Below, one piece after another: positions 8,284 to 15,200 of a stretch of DNA of 64,000 nt (within the stretch, counting starts at the first letter, position 1; the number at the start of each line of letters is the position of its first letter). Origin of the DNA: a virus. Lineage: Duplodnaviria > Caudoviricetes. The notes beneath the pieces were generated by a model, which saw only the letters and a list, made by a program, of their open reading frames with translations, was not told the origin of the DNA and ran no database searches. Location: positions 1 to 64,000 of IMG/VR virus record IMGVR_UViG_3300043694_000018. One strand, written 5' to 3'. Both the position numbers and the translations under genes were made by a program.

Positions 8284-9929
8284 TGGCTGGCGAACTGAAG
8301 ATCACCAGTGCGATGGGCACTGCGCTCAGCGAACTGCTGACGCACAACGACGACATCCAGCCGGGTGCCGCGCTGAGCTACGACCTGTGCAAGAACATCT
8401 ACATTTTCCATCCGCTCGGCCGGAAGCTGGTCGAGAAGCCCATCGAGATCGCGCAGAGCCAGAAGCGCGAGGTCAGTGTGCCGAACTCGCCCGAGGAGCG
8501 CGTGAAGGAAGCGTTCGAGGATGAGTGGGAGCGGCTGCGCGTCGACACGCACATCATGAACCTCATGCGAATCGCGCGTGTATACGGCGTCGGCTCACTC
8601 GCTGTGGTTGAGGACGGCGTCGATGTGTCCAAGCCGCTCGACTACAACAAGGTCTACAAGGCGCAGATCGCGATCAACGCCTACGATCCGCTCAACACGG
8701 CGGGCTCGCTGGTGCTGCATCAGGACCCGCTGGCGATGGACTTCCAGCACGTCATGCAGATCGCGGTAAGCGGCCAGCCGTTCCATCGCACGCGCTCCAT
8801 CGTGCAGATGAACGAAGCGCCGATCTACATTCACTACACGGCGTCGGCCTACGGCTTCGTCGGCCGCAGCGTTTTCCAGCGCAGCCTGTTCCCGATGAAG
8901 TCGTTCCTGCGCACGATGGAGACCAACGATCTGGTGGCGACCAAGATCGGCGTGCTGGTGGCGAAGATCAAGCAGCCCGGCTCGATCATCAACAACGCGA
9001 TGATCAAGCTGTTCGGCCAGAAGCGTCAGGTAGTGAAGGAAGCGCAGACCGGCGGCGTGATCTCGATCAGCCCCGACGAGGCCATCGAGTCGCTGAACTT
9101 CCAGAACCTCGACGGGCCGATGGAGATCGTGCGCAAGTCGATCCTCGAAGACATCGCATCGGCGTGCGGCATGCCCGCGAAGATGCTGACCGAGGAGACG
9201 TTCGCCGAGGGATTTGGCGAGGGCACTGAAGACGCCAAGGCCATCGCCCGCTACATCGACGGCGTTCGGGAGGAGATGCAGCCGGTCTACGACTGGTTCG
9301 ACCGGCTGGTGATGTACCGGGCGTGGAACCCGGACTTCTACAAGACGATTCAGGCCGAGTACACGGAGTACGCCAACGTCGAGTTCGCGCAGGCGTTCTA
9401 CGAGTGGAAGAACAGCTTCACCACCAAGTGGCCATCGCTGCTCAAGGAGCCCGACAGCGAACTGGTCAAGGTGGACGAGGTCAAGCTGCGCGCGGTGCTG
9501 GCGTTCCTGCAACTGATGCTGCCGCAGGCCGACCCCGACAACAAAGCGCGGCTGATCGAATGGGCGGTCGACAACTTCAACAGCCTCAAGTTCCTGTTCG
9601 ATACGCCGCTCGAACTGGACTACGAGGAGTTGGCCAACTTCACGCCCGAGCCGCAGGTCATGCCCGGCATGGGCGCGCAGGGCGCACACGGTCCACCGGG
9701 CGGCGGCATGATGGGCGGTGGCAAGCCGGGCATGGGCGGCGGCGGTGGTGGCGGTGGCATGGGTGGCGGTGGCCAGAAGATGCAGGGCATGAGCTTCGGC
9801 AGCATGGCGCAGATGGGCCGCAGCCACGCCAACGACGCCGTCGACCGTCAGGTCGAGCAGTTCATGAGTGCAGTCGACCGCATGCTGGCGCGGCACAACA
9901 AGCCGCGCCTGCGCGTGGTCGAGAAGTGA
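8283..9929 (+). CDS. Portal protein (DUF1073-type) with Gly/Met-rich C-terminal tail
   Basis: Position after terL; ARVYG...L, IH.TR, ..IASACGMPAKML....AEGFGEGTEDA...Y...I motifs. Confidence 0.85.
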   Translation: MAGELKITSAMGTALSELLTHNDDIQPGAALSYDLCKNIYIFHPLGRKLVEKPIEIAQSQKREVSVPNSPEERVKEAFEDEWERLRVDTHIMNLMRIARVYGVGSLAVVEDGVDVSKPLDYNKVYKAQIAINAYDPLNTAGSLVLHQDPLAMDFQHVMQIAVSGQPFHRTRSIVQMNEAPIYIHYTASAYGFVGRSVFQRSLFPMKSFLRTMETNDLVATKIGVLVAKIKQPGSIINNAMIKLFGQKRQVVKEAQTGGVISISPDEAIESLNFQNLDGPMEIVRKSILEDIASACGMPAKMLTEETFAEGFGEGTEDAKAIARYIDGVREEMQPVYDWFDRLVMYRAWNPDFYKTIQAEYTEYANVEFAQAFYEWKNSFTTKWPSLLKEPDSELVKVDEVKLRAVLAFLQLMLPQADPDNKARLIEWAVDNFNSLKFLFDTPLELDYEELANFTPEPQVMPGMGAQGAHGPPGGGMMGGGKPGMGGGGGGGGMGGGGQKMQGMSFGSMAQMGRSHANDAVDRQVEQFMSAVDRMLARHNKPRLRVVEK

Positions 9930-9930
9930 T

Positions 9931-10800
9931 GTGGCGCGCCGTTTCCACATTGCGCGGGCTCGTCTCGGCACCCACACGCGCGACTTCATCGGCGTGCTCG
10001 CCGCTGCGGCCGAGGACTTCACGGCGAATGGCTACGACCGCGCTGAGCGACTGACCTTCTGGCAGCAGCAGCTACGTGCGGCGGCCGAGCGCTCAACGAT
10101 CCCCGAGCAGATCATGGAGGGCATGCTGCGCGCGTCGTTGCGGTCGATCTACGACAAGATGATCGAGCACGGCGGCATCCTGCGCCTGCATCCGGGCATC
10201 GGCGAGTTCACGCTGCGCAAGGTCAAGCCGCAACTGCATGCTGAACTGGAGCGGCGCGTCCACGCCAGCGCGCAACTGATCAAGCTCAACCGCGAGGAGA
10301 TGATCGAGAAGACGATGCGGCGCTTCAGCGGCTGGGCGACATCGATCCCGGCCGGTGGTGCGGCCGAGCCGCGCAAGAGCAAGAACGACATCAAGCGCGG
10401 CATCGCGGGGCTGAAGTTCAACGAGCGCCGCGTCATCATCGATCAGGGCCACAAGCTCACGAGTGCGATCAGCCAGACGATTGCCGAGGGCGGTGGCGCG
10501 CTGGGCGGCTACTGGTACAGCCACTGGCGACAGCCGGGCTACAACTACCGCGAGGACCACAAGGAACGCGACGAGGTGTTCTACGTGCAGCCCGACAACT
10601 GGGCGCTCAACGACGGGCTGATGAAGTACGGCGGGCACATCGGGATCGATGATCAAACGCTGCCGGGCGAGGAAGTGTTCTGCCGTTGCTTCTATCGCTA
10701 CGTCTACAACCTGACTGATCTGCCGGACGAGTGCCTGACCAAGAAGGGCCGCACCAAGCTCGAAGAAGCGCGCGCGTACATGGCGCGAGAGGAGGCGTGA
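9931..10800 (+). CDS. Minor head / head morphogenesis protein (MuF/gp7-like)
   Basis: GTG start after portal; IIDQGHKL, W.SHWR....YREDHKERD, PGEEVFCRC motif. Confidence 0.8.
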   Translation: MARRFHIARARLGTHTRDFIGVLAAAAEDFTANGYDRAERLTFWQQQLRAAAERSTIPEQIMEGMLRASLRSIYDKMIEHGGILRLHPGIGEFTLRKVKPQLHAELERRVHASAQLIKLNREEMIEKTMRRFSGWATSIPAGGAAEPRKSKNDIKRGIAGLKFNERRVIIDQGHKLTSAISQTIAEGGGALGGYWYSHWRQPGYNYREDHKERDEVFYVQPDNWALNDGLMKYGGHIGIDDQTLPGEEVFCRCFYRYVYNLTDLPDECLTKKGRTKLEEARAYMAREEA

Positions 10801-11030
10801 TGGCAGCGTTCCCCGGCCGACCGATCCCTGTGCAGGTTGTGACAGGCCAGCAGGTGCAACCCGGCCCGATCACGCCCTACGTGCTGGTGACGGGGCAGAA
10901 CGTGCTGCCCGGCCCGCCGACCAAGATTCAGGTGGTGGCGGCTGGCGGCACGGTGTCGCCCGGCCCGCAGATACCGTGTCAGGCCGTCGCGGGCACGCCG
11001 CTCGCAGGCAAGCCGATCCCGGTGCGCTGA
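10800..11030 (+). CDS. Small Pro/Gly/Val-rich repeat protein
   Basis: GGAGG RBS, TGATG coupling; about five PG.PIP.Q.V-like repeats. Confidence 0.6.
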   Translation: MAAFPGRPIPVQVVTGQQVQPGPITPYVLVTGQNVLPGPPTKIQVVAAGGTVSPGPQIPCQAVAGTPLAGKPIPVR

Positions 11031-11221
11031 TGGACGAGCCGCTGTTGCAGTTCTTCATCTTCGAGCATCTGCCGCCGAACTTGCAGGCGGTCAGTCAGCC
11101 GTTCCATTCGCTCGCTCACTGGATCGTGGCGAACCTGCCGCGCAACCCTGAGCGCACTGTCGCACTGCGCAAGCTCCTCGAAGCGAAGGACTGTGCGGTG
11201 CGCGCCAAGCTGTACGCCTGA
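11030..11221 (+). CDS. Conserved small helical phage protein
   Basis: LQFF.FEHLPP.LQAVS.PF..LA..I...LP..PERTVALRKLLEAKDCAVRA. Confidence 0.75.
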   Translation: MDEPLLQFFIFEHLPPNLQAVSQPFHSLAHWIVANLPRNPERTVALRKLLEAKDCAVRAKLYA

Positions 11222-11352
11222 CGTGAACGACCTCCTGTACCGCGTCGGCATGAACTGCGCGGGACTGGCGCAACGCTTCGACGTTCACAGCGCCAAGCGC
11301 AGGCAACTGCGCAAACTGGCGAGCTTCTTCTTCGAGATGGCATACTGCGAGG

Positions 11353-11799
11353 ATGAGGAACACGGACAAGGCCTACCTCGCAGGCATCATCGACGGCGAA
11401 GGCTGTGTGGGCATAGGGATTCGCAAGAGCGGATCGAGGCGAGGTCGCTACCTGACGCCAACCCTTCAAGTGACGAACACCCAGAAGGAACTCCTCGACT
11501 GGCTCTACAAACGATACGGCGGTGGCATCTACGCTCACCGCCAGACGAACCAACGCGGGCGTAAGCCGACTTGGTTGTGGTCGTGCGCTGGTCAGAAAGC
11601 GCTGGCGGCAATTCGAGATGCCAGACCGTACATGCTGCTGAAGTGTGAGCAAGCTGACATCCTGCTGGCATTGCCACGCTACTCGACCAAGGCCCGAGAC
11701 AAGCTCGGCCGCATCAAGGGTTCGATGACTGCGCGAGAGCATGCCGAGAACGACAACGTCATTGAACGGATACGCGCCCTCAACAAGCGAGGTGTGTGA
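11353..11799 (+). mobile_element. Free-standing LAGLIDADG homing endonuclease gene
   Basis: KAYLAGIIDGEGC motif followed by LQVTNT.KELLDWL...YGG; codon usage less GC3-biased than neighbours. Confidence 0.88.
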
Positions 11800-12212
11800 T
11801 GCCCTTAACAGACAAAGGTTCCACAATTATGGAAGCGATGAAGTCGGAGTACGGCCCGGAAAAGGGTGAACACGTCTTCTACGGTGCCAAAAATAAAGGG
11901 ACCATCAGCGGCGTGGATGACGACGACAAGGACACGATGGCGCAACGCCGCTTCGATGATCTCATGGAGAAGGTCCATGGGCTCGGCAAGCGCTGCGACG
12001 CCATCGAGGCGCGCTTCAAAGGGCCAGCACCAGCGCCCGGCGTCGTCACGTCGCCAGCGGTGAAGGACGACGACGACTGCGACACGCGGCACGATGATCG
12101 CTCGCCCGAGGAGCATGCGCAGGCGGCCAAGTTCCACGAGGAGGAGGCTGCACGCGGCGATGGCTTCGGCGGCAGGCTGACGACGCCGACCGGCGGCACG
12201 ATCCTCAAGTAG
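11799..12212 (+). CDS. Head-module protein with conserved MPLT.KG..IM..M..EYG.EKGE.VFY..KN.G.I.GVD N-terminus
   Basis: GAGG RBS; motif recognised from phage head operons of this type; Asp-rich C-terminus. Confidence 0.7.
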   Translation: MPLTDKGSTIMEAMKSEYGPEKGEHVFYGAKNKGTISGVDDDDKDTMAQRRFDDLMEKVHGLGKRCDAIEARFKGPAPAPGVVTSPAVKDDDDCDTRHDDRSPEEHAQAAKFHEEEAARGDGFGGRLTTPTGGTILK

Positions 12213-12218
12213 GCTGCG

Positions 12219-15200
12219 ATGGACGGCCTCGATCTCGCTGCCGACAAGCTCGACGCGCTGATCGCCCGGCTCGACTTCGATCCCAACGAGCCGCGCGATT
12301 CGCGTGGCCAGTGGACAACAGGCGCAGGCAGCAAGAAGGTCAACTACAAGGATGCGACGACCATCGGCGGCAAGATGGTCGACTTCGTCGTCAACCCGAC
12401 GATGGGCATGATCCGCTCGATGGTGCGCCACTCGGAGATACCCGCGCAGGGGATTCGGGTGATGCGCGACGACAGCGGGCACGTCATCGCATGGGATGCC
12501 TTCCATGGCATCCACGAGCAGATGGCAAGCGCGCTGGGCCACGCGGACAACGTGATCAAGGCAGAGCGCTCACCGCACAGCGACGACCGCGACATCTACG
12601 CCGAGGACGGCAAGCCGTGGATCGACTTCATCTCGCTCAACGCTGAGGGCAAGTTCGAGAGCGCGTTCGGTGAGCCGAAGGACTGGGCGACGCCTGACGA
12701 TGGCGTGCGCGCTGACGACTTCGATCCGAGCGAACCGCGTGATGAGGCAGGCAAGTGGACATCGGGCGGTGGCGGCAAGCGAGTGAACGTCGAGGACATC
12801 GTCAAGCTGCGCGACTATCACGGCGGCAAGGAGGTCAACGTCGTCATCAATCCGACCAAGGCCAAGATCGCCGAGATGGTGCGCAAGGTGCCTGACCCGT
12901 TCGAGGCCGAGGACGCTGGCGTGAGAGTGGTGCGCGCGAACGACGGCACGGTCTACGCATGGGACCCGCGAGACGCGATCCACGACACGATGCTGCAAGC
13001 GCTCGAAGCGCAGGGCGTCGATGTGTCGAAGACGCGGCAGAACCTCAAGGGTCAGGATGTCATCTACTACCACCCGAACAGCGGTGAACTGCACTCGGTG
13101 ATGAGCGAGCCCGAGGACTGGTACGCCGACGAGCCCGCGCCAAAGAAGATCGCCAATAGCTGGACCTCGTACAAGACGCCGAGCGGTGTCGATGTCGATG
13201 TCGTTGTCAACCCGACGCCTGACAACATCGAGGACCTGTCGAAGGAGAACAAGTGGAACGGGCGGGTCAGGTTCGTGCGCGACACGGACGGCAACATCTA
13301 CGCCGCGAGCGCGAGCAAGGCGATCCACGATTCGATCATCGGCGCGCTGGGCCTCAGCGTGGCGGACAAGACGGTGAGCGACCGCCAGTGGAACCAGTTC
13401 ATCTACGACCCGAAGCACCAGAAGGTTGGCGATCTGGTGAAGTGGGGCTGGGTGGCCGCTGATGCGTTCGATCCTGATGAGCCGCGCGATCCACGCGGGC
13501 GATGGACAGCCGGGCAGCGCGGCTTCATGGATGAGTTTCACGCGGGCACCGAGGAGCACCCGCTCGGCATGCCGGATCGCTTGCGCTATCTGCCGCAGAA
13601 CGAAGGGCAGGAGCAGACCAACCTCGTCGCGCTGCACGTGTCGCCATGGCAGGACGGCATCCATGTCCACTCGATCTTTGCGCCGGAGCCGAGGCAGGGG
13701 CAGGGAACGGCCGGGTTGAAGTGGCTGCACGAACTCGCCGACAAGCACAACGTACCGCTCGATGGCTTCGCCAAGGCCTACGGCGAGGGCGGCATGTCGA
13801 CGGCGCGGCTGAAGAAGTGGTACGCCAAGCACGGCTGGAAGGTGCAGCGCAGCGGCTCGATGAAGCGCCTGCCGCGTGGCAGCGCTGCTGACGACTATGA
13901 CCCGAGCGAACCGAGAGACGAATCGGGCAAGTGGACTGGGGGCGGTGGCGCGGGCAAGAAGCCCGAGGAGGATCGGTCAGGCCCGGAGTTCCACGAGCCC
14001 GAGGACATCCAGCGCGCGTTCGAGAACTACACGGGCAACGACATCACGCCGATGGATGCCGACTATGCGGGCACCGAGGGCGGCATCGGCTTCCTCGGCC
14101 CTGACGGCACGATGTGGAACATCGAGGGCAGCCACGCAGGCACGTCGCTGCGGCTCAACAAGGACCTGTGGGACATCTTCGAGGCGGGTTATCACCGCAT
14201 CTACGCCACGCCCGGCGACATGCTGGGCATCGAGGTCAACAACGAGAAGCCGCTGACGCCACAGCAGGTCAAGTTCGTGATCGACGCGGCGAGCCACGAG
14301 AAGTTCAAGAGCCTGTACATCGAGGGACAAGGCCACTTCTTCGGCAGGACGGGCAGCGACAAGTTCGAGCCGCCCGAGGGTGTGAACGCCAAGAACGCGC
14401 GGCGATACCTACGACAGCAGGGCATGATCGCGGCCGACGACGATGTGCTCGACGCCGCCGCCGACCGGCTCGATGCGCTGCTGACACGCTTGGACTGGGA
14501 GGAGAGTCAGCACCCGCGCGTGCCCGAGGGATCGAGCAAGGGCGGCCAGTTCACCAAGGGCGCGGGTGGCGCACCGGCCGAGGGCGAGAAGCCGAACGAA
14601 CTGGAGAAGCTGGTCGGCGAGTTCAAGAGCGTTGGCGAGCCGAAGGGCGAGCCCACGCCGTCGCAGATGTCGATCAGGCGCGTGATGCGCCGCCTCGGCG
14701 AGGCCGAGGAGATGATGAAGGAGGCGCGCGAGGTCGGGAACGAGGAGATGATCCCGCGCCTGCGCGAGGAGATCGGCAAGTTCCGCAAGCGCAAGCGTGA
14801 ACTGGACAAGATCGAGCACGACCGCGAGCGCGCAGAGCAGCAGGAGAAGTGGGACGACGCGCGCTCATACGACCGCACGCAGGCCGCCGTCGTGTTCATC
14901 GATGAGAAGGTGCAGGAACTGGTCAACTCCGGCGAGTGGCAGAAGCTCGATGACAAGGCGCGCATGGACAAGCGCGGCGAGTTCGAGTTGCAGTTCCTCG
15001 ACAAGGAGCCACCGCGCACCAAGCTCGACTATCTGGAGCAGGGCAAGCTGCTGACGCTGTGGGAGCGCGCTGACGACGAGACCAAGGAGGACGCCAAGAA
15101 CATCTTCATCCAAGAGAAGATGGATGCCCTCTATAAAGGGCAGGAGGTTCAGGACTTCGACAAGCACGAGGAGGCGAAGCAAAAGGCTTCGGCCGAGTTC

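Noticed and set aside
8283-9929. DUF1073 protein as anti-CBASS Acb1
   Set aside because: No 2H phosphoesterase HxT/S motifs seen; position and motifs fit a portal.
11353-11799. LAGLIDADG as an intein or group I intron
   Set aside because: It has its own start and stop and is not in frame with a host gene; no splicing motifs or intron core recognised.
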